Assembly (NCBI GenBank): GCA_016618085.1
Contig: JABLTG010000194.1
Coordinates: forward strand, 1-33,855
Length of the DNA stretch: 33,855 nucleotides
DNA from: Neovahlkampfia damariscottae
Lineage: Eukaryota
Direction: 5' to 3'
In this document: positions 7,551-16,186 of the stretch, piece by piece
Numbering within the stretch: position 1 is the first letter of the stretch
Layout: each line of letters starts with the position of its first letter
Position numbers and translations under genes: made by a program
The notes under the pieces: generated by a model
Told to the model about the DNA's origin: nothing
The model's input: only the letters and a program-made list of their open reading frames with translations
Databases searched by the model: none

Positions 7551-8819
7551 ATGACTGACTTATTGAAACCAAAAACTGTTATATTATTTGAATCTTGGGA
7601 AAAAAGATTCGAAGAAATCCAAAGTTTATTTAAAGCATTCAGCGAATCCATTACTGAATATGATCAAGAAAAAGATGCAGATACCAAAGAATTGAAGAGA
7701 GACGACGTTATTGACGCCAGTGAGAAATTGAATCAAGAATACGAAGAATTAAAAGATGAAGTCGAAGGTAATTTTCAAAGGGAATATTACGATTTAGATC
7801 AACACTTTGAGTTTTTGAAAAAATTATATAAAGAATCGAAAGATAATGGATTTCTTGCATCAGGAGAAAAATCACCTGAAGGAAAAAGCGCCCGTGATAA
7901 ATTAAAAAAAGAATTTAACTATGAATCAAAAATCACTATTGATAAATTGAAAAATTCCATTATATCAGATTTAAATGAAATCAAAAAATATCTTGATGAG
8001 TCAAGTAAAAAATTTAAAGTTGATGGAGTTATTTTCGGTTACAAATCTATTATTGAAAAAAGAGAAAAGGAATTCGAGCGTATGTTACCATCATCACCAA
8101 GCAAAAAGCCAAATATTGAACCCCTTCCATTAGACCCTGAAGATAAAAAAGAAATTGAAAAAATGATTGAAAACCCTGAAATGAAGGCTCAAATTATCGA
8201 CAAAATTATGAAAGCATTCCCAAGTTTCAAAAAAGAACAATTAGATTCATTGAGTGTAAAAGATTTGTTGGAAATATCAATTACTCTTGGATTTGATTTT
8301 AGTAATCTTAATCGATTGAAAGCACCAGAAAATGCAACTAAAGAAGTCAAAGAACTCGCACAAAACTTGGAAAATTTAAAACGAGAAAGAGAAATTCAAG
8401 AAGAGTTCAATAGATTAAAAAATAGAATTCAAGGAGAAGAAGCAATTACAACCAAGGAAAAGAAAGAAAAAATATTAAGTGATGTTGCAGAAATTCTCAA
8501 AGAAAAGTTTAGAAATAAAAAAAGTGCTAAAAAATCCAGTCAAATATCCGCGAAATCACCGAAACCTAAGATTAACCAAATCGAAGAAAAATATATTGAA
8601 TCCATCAAGAAATCTAAACCTAAAGGTAAAATCCAATTGAATGAACAACAAGTTTTAGGTTTAGGATTTTCATTGGAACAAAACTTAGATTTAATTAAAA
8701 ACTCAGATATTGGATTGACTCCAGCAACTGAGACTTTGAAGAAAAAGTCAAATCCATCTTCAGTGAAAAAGGAGAACCCCGTTTCCGTAAAAAGGAGAAT
8801 CCCTTTTTACTGTTTATGA
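7551..8819 (+). CDS. Viral hypothetical protein, K/E-rich predicted coiled coil with basic tail
   Basis: 422-aa intron-less ORF; no family recognised. Confidence 0.75.
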   Translation: MTDLLKPKTVILFESWEKRFEEIQSLFKAFSESITEYDQEKDADTKELKRDDVIDASEKLNQEYEELKDEVEGNFQREYYDLDQHFEFLKKLYKESKDNGFLASGEKSPEGKSARDKLKKEFNYESKITIDKLKNSIISDLNEIKKYLDESSKKFKVDGVIFGYKSIIEKREKEFERMLPSSPSKKPNIEPLPLDPEDKKEIEKMIENPEMKAQIIDKIMKAFPSFKKEQLDSLSVKDLLEISITLGFDFSNLNRLKAPENATKEVKELAQNLENLKREREIQEEFNRLKNRIQGEEAITTKEKKEKILSDVAEILKEKFRNKKSAKKSSQISAKSPKPKINQIEEKYIESIKKSKPKGKIQLNEQQVLGLGFSLEQNLDLIKNSDIGLTPATETLKKKSNPSSVKKENPVSVKRRIPFYCL

Positions 8820-9127
8820 AAGAATTCAGAAAAGAGAATGTTGGGAAATTTGATGCAAAGACAATGATGAAAGAAGGTGCAAAAGCTTACCACGAACAAA
8901 AAAATGGAGGTTGTTCACAAATAGAGCCATCTCAGTGCAAACCAAAAAAGAAATCAAAAAGTTCAATGTATAATTATGATCATGTTTTTGTTAAAGAAGA
9001 AGCAAAAAAACCAGATATATCAATTCAATTGAATCAAAGTAAAGTTGAAAAAGATTATACCAACAAGAAGGGATTTGAAAAATTAGCTGAAGGTTATAAA
9101 AAATATATTGAAAGCCAAAGGTATTAA
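8816..9127 (+). CDS. Viral hypothetical protein (Lys-rich)
   Basis: 103-aa ORF; start overlaps the previous stop (ATGA). Confidence 0.6.
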   Translation: MKEFRKENVGKFDAKTMMKEGAKAYHEQKNGGCSQIEPSQCKPKKKSKSSMYNYDHVFVKEEAKKPDISIQLNQSKVEKDYTNKKGFEKLAEGYKKYIESQRY

Positions 9128-9181
9128 CTTTGAGGACAATTTTTGAAAGTGAATTAAATTTTTTATCTATAAAAATATAAA

Positions 9182-9940
9182 ATGGAAAGAGAAGAATTTG
9201 ATTATTATTTTGATGGTGATGAAATAAATATCTATGGTGGTAGTTTTGATTTATTTCAAAGAATTAAAGATTTGATCAAAACGCCGATTAGATTGAATTA
9301 TCCACCAAGTTACAGAGAATTTTTACAAAAACATGGAAATTTATTAATTACTGAACTTTGGATTTGTAAAAAACCTATTCAAAAAGCATTTGATAAAATT
9401 TTAAATGTAATTTCATTTGGAAACTGGCAAAAGAAAAAAGATGAATTGAATTATGATGATTTATTTCATTTATTTGGAATTGCAAGATTGGCAACAAATC
9501 AATATGTTTTGTTTGAAAAAAACCAAGTTTTAAATATTCAATTTGTAGACAAAAATTATTTTCGATCAGCAAAAAGTTTATTCATTTCAAATTATAAGGA
9601 TGTTGTTCCATTTAATTTAAATACAATGCATGAAAGATGTTTGGAATTAATTGGACCTGAAGAAATGTTTTTGTATAGAGGTGGTTCAACTAATTGCCAG
9701 CATTTCATATTCAATATGTTCAAAGCGAACAACCTGATGAATACAGTTATTGAAGAGTTTGTAATGCAAGATGCAAAAAGTTTAGTTAGTTCTATGCCTA
9801 ATGTTGTTCAAAAATTTATCAATGGAGTTACAGATATTGCCGGTTTCTTTGATCATGTTTTGTATGGTGCTGCATTGATGAATGAAAAAAAATTAAGGTT
9901 AGAAAAAAATAAATTTGGAGGTTCAATAATTTATTGTTGA
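9182..9940 (+). CDS. Viral protein, predicted permuted papain-like (PPPDE/LRAT-type NlpC/P60) cysteine hydrolase
   Basis: His before Cys: DDLFH96LF, FE112KN, Y....NC172QHF; Y-x5-NC-x-x-F is the PPPDE/LRAT signature. Confidence 0.65.
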   Translation: MEREEFDYYFDGDEINIYGGSFDLFQRIKDLIKTPIRLNYPPSYREFLQKHGNLLITELWICKKPIQKAFDKILNVISFGNWQKKKDELNYDDLFHLFGIARLATNQYVLFEKNQVLNIQFVDKNYFRSAKSLFISNYKDVVPFNLNTMHERCLELIGPEEMFLYRGGSTNCQHFIFNMFKANNLMNTVIEEFVMQDAKSLVSSMPNVVQKFINGVTDIAGFFDHVLYGAALMNEKKLRLEKNKFGGSIIYC

Positions 9941-10401
9941 TTTAAATATTTTTGATGCTTTTCAGTTTTTTCATGCTTCGTCTTATTTATTCTGGTATAT
10001 TTTCCACCACACGGACATTTAAATCCTTCATTTCTATATTTTCTACACCACTCTTCTAATGAGCCGCCACACATTGCCAAAGTTAATTTATTTGGAGTAT
10101 GTGCATTAATAGAATCCAATTTTTTTGACCAATAAGCTTCTCTTGCTTTTAATCTTGACAAATTGCTACATGGATAAACTTCAATTAATTCAATCTTACA
10201 ATTATTTGGATCTTCATTAATTATAATGGAAGAAGTATATTTATTATTTTTTGCTTTACTTCTGTGCTCAATGAGTCGAACATGAAGATCTCTTGTTGTA
10301 CTTCCAACATAAACTTTTGGATTAACTGAATTAGATATTTTATATATTTTTGAATCATTGAATTCATTCACGTATTTTCTTTTGATGGTTGCTTCTGTCA
10401 T
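9931..10401 (-). CDS. GIY-YIG endonuclease with C-terminal C2H2-type zinc finger
   Basis: KIYKI-x7-VYVGST, RLIEH, REAYW; C-terminal CPCGGKY...KH...KH. GIY-YIG/Zn-finger genes are known in virophages. Confidence 0.88.
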   Translation of the reverse strand: MTEATIKRKYVNEFNDSKIYKISNSVNPKVYVGSTTRDLHVRLIEHRSKAKNNKYTSSIIINEDPNNCKIELIEVYPCSNLSRLKAREAYWSKKLDSINAHTPNKLTLAMCGGSLEEWCRKYRNEGFKCPCGGKYTRINKTKHEKTEKHQKYLNQQ

Positions 10402-10531
10402 TGTTGTTTTATATATCAGTATATTTTAATTAGTTTAATTGAAAATTAATTATTTATTATTTATTTTTGTTGCAATAATTGAATTTCAATTAAAGACTTA
10501 AAAATCTAAGGTATAAAAAAGTAATCGAAAA

Positions 10532-11080
10532 ATGGTTAGAGCAGTCAATTTCAGAAGAAACAAAAAAGAATGTGAGGATTTTAAAAAAATTCCTAAAGAT
10601 GTTGTATTTTATCACATTTTACCTTGGGTTCAACAATTTAAATTCAGAGAACAAACAATTCCAAGAATGTTAATTGATTACACAAGAATTGAAAAGCCTG
10701 ATTTTCTAATCGAATATAATCAATTTGATGATTTTAAGGCTGCATCAAATATCCCTCAATTGCTTCAAAAAATGAAATGTTATTGTGAGGAAAGAAATAA
10801 TCACAAATTTTATTCATTGGTGAAGGGATATGAAGAAGCTAGTGATTTGGATCGCCTACCATTATTTATGTTGATGATTTTAGAAAGCAAAAACACGAGT
10901 TTAGTCGGAGATATAAAATCAAAACATGATGAAGATCTAATTAAGGATAAATTACAAAATGAAGAATGGAATTTATGCTACTTCTATGAGTATGCTTTAG
11001 TATTACGAGATCAAGAGTTTAGTGAAAGATTATTTGAAGATTTATTAATTGATCACAAATTTTTACTTGAAATGAAATAA
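10532..11080 (+). CDS. Viral hypothetical protein with weak F-box-like N-terminal motif
   Basis: 182-aa ORF; KIPKDVVFYHILPWV. Confidence 0.65.
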   Translation: MVRAVNFRRNKKECEDFKKIPKDVVFYHILPWVQQFKFREQTIPRMLIDYTRIEKPDFLIEYNQFDDFKAASNIPQLLQKMKCYCEERNNHKFYSLVKGYEEASDLDRLPLFMLMILESKNTSLVGDIKSKHDEDLIKDKLQNEEWNLCYFYEYALVLRDQEFSERLFEDLLIDHKFLLEMK

Positions 11081-11128
11081 ATAAAAAAAATTTTTTAATT
11101 TAAAAAATGCATCGTATAAATTATAGTG

Positions 11129-11536
11129 ATGCAAAAAAACAATAACCAATCAAATTTTTGGAGTCTCTCAATTTTATGGTATGATGATGATTATAAATAT
11201 CATGTAGAAGATAAACGCGCAGAACTCGAAAAACCTGAGATATTCGAATCATATAACGACTTAGTTGAATATTTAGTGAATAAAATAAACAAAGAAATCA
11301 AAATTATTTTAACTGAAAGTTTAATGGATGGTTATACAAACGAAGATCTTCATGAAATATATCCAAATTTTGGTAAATATTATGATTTTGATGAAAATGA
11401 ATTTTATTTTAAAGATTGTGTTTACTCGTTGGATTTAGCTTTTAAATTGCGTGATGAATTCTTTAAAGGTGAATATTTACCGAATAAGTTAGATTTCCAA
11501 ATTGATGAAATTAAAATACATGAAAAATCAAAATAA
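11129..11536 (+). CDS. Viral hypothetical acidic protein (last ORF of the element)
   Basis: 135 aa from ATG 11129; TATAA at 11115; no family recognised. Confidence 0.65.
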   Translation: MQKNNNQSNFWSLSILWYDDDYKYHVEDKRAELEKPEIFESYNDLVEYLVNKINKEIKIILTESLMDGYTNEDLHEIYPNFGKYYDFDENEFYFKDCVYSLDLAFKLRDEFFKGEYLPNKLDFQIDEIKIHEKSK

Positions 11537-12101
11537 ATAGGATGGCTGGAAATTAATTATTTATTTTTTAAAAAAATCTGATTGGTCAAAAAAGGTAAAC
11601 TCGAGTTGACTTTTCAAAAAAAAAAATAAAAAAATTTATTTCTGGAATTTTACAATACTCAAATTTCCAAAAAAATAATTCAAAACTCCTTAAACCCATT
11701 ACTTTTTTATCATCTTCAAACATCTATTTTAAAAAAGTTATTTTCAAAACAATTGCCTTCACTAATGAAATTAAAAATACATTAATTCAATCTCCTTACA
11801 ACAACTTTATTCTACACTTCTTCCTTTTTATTTCAAATTCCAATTGTTAAAACAAACCCAAATTATATAAATTCTCCGAAACCATGTTTGATTTCCAAAA
11901 TTTTGAAACTTTAATTTATAAACGTTGGTTGATATTGTTTGTTGGTTTCCTGAACTGTTCATTTGATCAACGTATAGAGGTTAGTTTTATATTTTTGTTA
12001 GTGCTGGTGGCGATTGGCCGGATGATTCTACAGCTGGAATTTTTATAGTCTTTCAATTCCAAAATTTAGTCGCTGAAAAAGGACTTAGACCCCCTACTAC
12101 T
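11537..12101. repeat. Candidate right terminal inverted repeat region of the provirus
   Basis: ~560 bp without long ORFs after the last viral gene, ending CCCCCTACTACT (reads AGTAGTAGGGGG inward on the minus strand), like Polinton AGT-repeat termini. Partner repeat is not in the window and the inner boundary is unknown. Confidence 0.5.
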
Positions 12102-12283
12102 CATTATTAAACTTTGTTCTCAATTAAAAACCAAACAACTTGCCACACCTTCTAAAAAACCAATAAAAACCTTCAAACTGTCTCAGTTCCGACACATTTG
12201 CTCATCAAGAAAAATAAAAAGCTTCCAACACTAAGCTCTAGAAACAAATTGAAAAATAACAAATTGAGTGGTAATTTAAAAAT

Positions 12284-12288
12284 AAAAA
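12284..12288 (-). terminator. Pol III oligo-T terminator of the 5S gene
   Basis: TTTTT on the minus strand right after ...GTTGTAAGC. Confidence 0.75.
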
Positions 12289-12410
12289 GCTTACAACACT
12301 CCCTGTTCCCAGGTGGTCTCCCACACTAGTACTAGGAGAGCGAGCCTGTAGGAGTTTAACTTCGCAAATCGGACGGGATGCGGTGTATTCTCCTAAGTAT
12401 GGCCGTAAGC
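12288..12410 (-). rRNA. 5S ribosomal RNA (eukaryotic type, ~4-nt insertion)
   Basis: Minus strand GCTTACGGCCATAC...CATCCCGTCCGATTTGCGAAGTTAA...TAGTACT..GTGGGAGACCACCTGGGAA...GTGTTGTAAGCT. Helix I (GCTTACGGC/GTTGTAAGC) and helix II (TAGGAG/CTCCTA) pair. Confidence 0.95.
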
Positions 12411-12675
12411 GAAAGAACAAAAAAACAAGATAAACTTCATCCAAAATAATGACATTTTAACTTTCTTTTCTCTTTGTTTCTGCATCTCAGTATGGCCGTT
12501 CACGAAGAAGTAGTTTTAAAACATGCAATCATTCAAATAGAAGTTGAAAAATGTAATTCTTTCAAATTTATCTTCAGTGAATTAATAGAATGCCAATTCT
12601 TCAAAGAAATACTTCAAATCATAATCCATTGGTTACTAGAAACAGTCATTTGAAAAAGAACATGGTTTGGTGATT

Positions 12676-13797
12676 TTAAACTTTTATTTTGGGGTTTATT
12701 TGAATTGTGTTTAATTCATAATTCTGTAACTCATTTGGTAATACATAAATATATCTCCTCCTCCTTAAATCTATTAATACGATTCTGATATTTGAAATAA
12801 ACATAAAATAAGATTTTCCATTCAAAAAATTAAAAGTTGACACTTTGACTTGTTCATCAGCTATTTTATTAAAAACGAAGAATTTTTCAATCTTTAATGC
12901 GTTTTCATCATAGTTTAAATGAACTATTTTCAAAGTATCACCCCTTGAAGAAAATGCTAAAACTTTCTCTTCTTGATAAAAATTTCCCAAAGATAAAAGT
13001 GTATTATTTTGCAATTGAAAAATTCTTGAATTTTCTGTTGAATTAAGTTTTTTAATAAAGAGTTTATGGACACCATTTTCATTGTATGTTGTTAAAAAAT
13101 CATGATTTTTGGAGTTAATAACCGATCTGGAAAACCGATTTGAATCTAATGTCAATAAATTTTCATGCAATGTGAAATTTTCTTTTTCATTTTTTCCTTT
13201 GATCAATTGATAAACTCCATAACTATTAGTTTCATCTGATGACAAAATTCCATAAATTGATTTCGATTTTGGTTGTGTGAATAAATAATGAATTTTGAAT
13301 TTTGGATATTTTAATAATTTTGATTCATATTTTTCACCAAAAGTGTTAATTTTGTAGGCTTCATCATGTAGTCCAGAACTCCAATAAAAATTTCCTTCTT
13401 CATCAAATGTTGTTATTTCTTTTTTGGGGTTTCCTTCAACAAAAAAATTTGTTTTTAAAACTGTTAACTTTTTTGTATATGAGTTGAATTTTCCAAATTG
13501 AAGTTTATTTGAATCTGTTTCTGAAAATACGATGAAAATAATTCCTCCTTCCAATGCTAAAAAAAAAAATGTTAAATTTCTATTTTTTTTACCTTCGACT
13601 GGTAGTAATAGTACAATGGTTGCTACAAATAAAATTACAAATAAAATTACAACAGTGAGAATAATTTGAAGAAAACAACTGGCCATGTATTTTTGATGTT
13701 TTTTTTTCTCTTCTTTGCTAATTTTGTCAACAATTTCATTGGCCTTTTTTGAAGCATTTTCAACCAAAGGAATGTATTCATCATGATTTATGCTCAT
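12676..13797 (-). CDS. Host type II membrane protein of unknown function (one in-frame 36-nt intron, 13557-13592)
   Basis: N-terminal TM helix (FLQIILTVVILFVILFVATIVLLL). GTAAAA...TTTTAG intron is read through in the ORF track. CCAATCA at 13854. Confidence 0.7.
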   Translation of the reverse strand: MSINHDEYIPLVENASKKANEIVDKISKEEKKKHQKYMASCFLQIILTVVILFVILFVATIVLLLPVEGKKNRNLTFFFLALEGGIIFIVFSETDSNKLQFGKFNSYTKKLTVLKTNFFVEGNPKKEITTFDEEGNFYWSSGLHDEAYKINTFGEKYESKLLKYPKFKIHYLFTQPKSKSIYGILSSDETNSYGVYQLIKGKNEKENFTLHENLLTLDSNRFSRSVINSKNHDFLTTYNENGVHKLFIKKLNSTENSRIFQLQNNTLLSLGNFYQEEKVLAFSSRGDTLKIVHLNYDENALKIEKFFVFNKIADEQVKVSTFNFLNGKSYFMFISNIRIVLIDLRRRRYIYVLPNELQNYELNTIQINPKIKV

Positions 13798-13945
13798 CAC
13801 AACTCTTTGAGTTCAATTATATTCAAACTCAGAGAGGATCTAAAACTAATAAACCAATCATGTGCGTTTGGAAGCAGATTTTGGAAAGTTGAATACTAGA
13901 TAACCATCAAACTTAAATACAATAATGATAAAAAATTTCTTTATT

Positions 13946-15582
13946 TTAGAGTAATTCCAAAGCTTGAGTTATATAAGACTCAATCTTAGAATTATCATTT
14001 TCATCTTTCAATTTTGTAAAAAGATCTCTAAGGGGTGTACATTTTTCAAATTCCATACTTTGTGCATAAGCCATCATTTTTTGATTCAATAAATCACAAA
14101 TTTCACTTTTTTCTTTCGAAAGATCTTTTTGTTGTGATGGTTTTTTCGGTGGTGGTGGAGCATTTCTCTTTGGTGGTGGTCCTTTTGTATCACCTCCATT
14201 AGGTGATGGTTTTGGAGGTACTGTTCTACTTGGTTTTGGAGGTGGTGTTTTTGTTTCAGGTTTTGAAGGAATACTTGGTGGTGGTTTTGAACCTGATGAA
14301 GGTTTTGGAGGAGGTGCTTTTGATTCAGGTTTTGATGGTATTGCAGGTGGACCTCCTTTAGTTTCTTGTGATGGTTTTGGAGGAGGTGCTTTTGGTTCAG
14401 GTTTTGAAGGTGGAAGTGATGGTGGAGCTCCTTTTGAAACTGTTTCACTTTCTTCGTTTGAAGAATTATTTAAATTCTTCAGTAATCCTTTAAATTCAGG
14501 TACAGGTGGTAAATCAGTTCTAAAATTAAATCTTCCTTCTACTTCAATGTTATCACTTTTCTGTGGTGTTGAAGTTGTTTCTTGAACAGGTTTTGAAGGA
14601 ATACTTGGTGGTGGTTTTGAGCCTCCAGATGGTTTTGGAGGAGCTCCTTTTGAGGTCTCTTGAACAGGTTTTGAAGGAAGACTTGGAGGTGCTCCTTTTC
14701 CACTATCAGATCTTGATGGTAGATTTGGAGGTGGTTTTGATGTGTTTGTTGGTTTTGGTGGTGGTGTTTTCTTTGTTGGTATTCCAGGTGCTTCTTTCTT
14801 TTGAGGGATTCCAGGTGCTTCTTTTTTCTGCGGTATTCCAGGTGGATCTTTTCTTTGAGGTGTTGGAGGAGGTGCACGTCTAACTCCACTATCACTCCTT
14901 TGTGGAGTAGGTGGTGGTGTTTTTTTCACAGGCGCTGTACTACCACCTGTTGGTTTTGAAGGAAGACTTGGAGGTGCTCTTTTTCCAGTACTTGATGTTG
15001 TTGTTGGTTTGTTTGGAATACTTGGAGGTGGTTTTGAAGTTGAACTTGGTTTTGACGGTATACTTGGAGGTGCTTTTTTAAATGAATTTGTATTTTCCGA
15101 TGGTTTTGATGGAATAGTTGGAGGTGCTTTTTTTTGAGGAATTCCAGGTGGTGCTTTTTTTTGTGTATCGTTTGTTGAAGAATTTTGTTTTTGTAAACGT
15201 TTTTTTTGTAATTCGTCTAACATTGGATTTCCAGTAGGTACAAATGATTTTTCACCTCCTCCTCCTCCTGAAGACGATGAAGATGATGAACCAAAACCAC
15301 CATCTTTTTTAATTGGAGGTGGTTTTTTTTTTCCTTTTAATTTTGGATCAACAACTCCTCCTTTTGGATTTGGATCTTGAGGTAAACGTTTTTCACTTTC
15401 AGGTACTTTTCTTAAACCAGTTCCTTTTTGAATGGAAGACATTAAATCGTTTCTTCCTTTTCCAGAGTTTGGTACTTTTCCTGATTTTATAGCTTTTTCA
15501 GAAGGTGGTGGTGGAGGACCTATAATTATAAAATTTAGTGTTTTTTTTTAATTTTACCTGGTGCTGGTGGAGGGCCTGCCAT
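13946..15582 (-). CDS. WIP/verprolin-like proline-rich actin regulator (WH2 domain) with C-terminal UVR-like motif
   Basis: Exon 1 15582-15558, 38-nt intron, then GPPPPP...GRNDLMSSIQKGTGLRKV (WH2). Poly-Pro repeats; EGRFNFRTDLPPVPEF resembles the WASP-binding motif of WIP. Confidence 0.8.
14150..15160 (-). repeat. Coding repeats in the WIP-like gene (PPSIPSKP and PGIPQKK units)
   Basis: Recurrent GGTTTTGAAGGAA(T/G)ACTTGG(T/A)GGTG and ATTCCAGGTG units; boundaries approximate. Confidence 0.75.
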
Positions 15583-15712
15583 TTCTTTCTTTGTTTTTTC
15601 TTCAAGGAAATTTATCCAATAATAATTTATCAAATTAACAAACCAATCATATTAAATCAAAAAAAGAAAAAGAAAAAAAAATTTTAAAAATCAAAATTTA
15701 ATGGTTTTTTAT

Positions 15713-16186
15713 TTATGAACGTGGTTTTTCTTTTTTTCCGCTCCAGAGTGCTGATAAAGCAACTCCTGAAACTTTGCATACTTTGAATCTAACACCCGGA
15801 ATATCACCAACAGCGTGACCAGATCTACCAAAACCTGAAATTAAAACTTCATCATTATCTTCGAAAAATAAAAGACAACCATCATTTGGTACGAAAGCTG
15901 TGATTTTTTTACCGTTTTTAATGAGTTGTACACGAACACATTTACGAATAGCAGAATTTGGTTGTTTAGCTTCAACTCCGCTATTAAATAATTAATTAAT
16001 AAATTTGTAAATTTACATTTTTTCTACAACAATTCCTTTCGCATGGGATGAACCTGCCATAGGTGCTTTAATGTCAGAACCTAACATTTTTTTTTTGAAA
16101 TCTTTTCTTGCCCAAAGAGCTTTTCTGTGTAATCTTCTTAATTTTCTTGCAGCATTAATACCACTTGGTTTTCCTTTTGATCCCAT
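15713..16186 (-). CDS. RPS23: 40S ribosomal protein S23 (uS12), 145 aa; intron 15981-16016, probable 5'-UTR intron 16187-16226
   Basis: Hand translation [17 protein letters not shown]...[44 protein letters not shown]...[10 protein letters not shown]...KKEKPRS*; absent from the ORF track. Confidence 0.97.

Larger units (their letters stand above)
1..12101. mobile_element. Endogenous virophage (Lavidaviridae-like provirus), right-hand part; left part lies outside the window
   Basis: Dense intron-less ORFs containing all four virophage core genes (MCP, penton, Cys protease, packaging ATPase) plus rve integrase and GIY-YIG nuclease. Contiguous with intron-rich host genes. Right end inferred from CTACTACT at 12094-12101; the boundary is less certain than the element call. 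Confidence 0.92.

Noticed and set aside
8816..8819. ATGA stop/start overlap as evidence of bacterial-style operon or bacterial origin
   Set aside because: Single instance, no Shine-Dalgarno pattern; such overlaps are common in compact viral genomes.
1..12101. Classification as a canonical Polinton/Maverick, PLV, phage or giant-virus fragment
   Set aside because: MCP length and motifs, penton and protease are of the virophage type; no NCLDV core or phage genes seen. A pPolB outside the window cannot be excluded.
12238..12444. 68-aa minus-strand ORF
   Set aside because: It is a translation of the 5S rRNA gene and flanks, with a non-ATG start.
12492..12653. 53-aa plus-strand ORF (MAVHEEVVLKHAII...)
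   Set aside because: ATG comes from the 5S-like 11-mer, no recognisable motif, too short to support.
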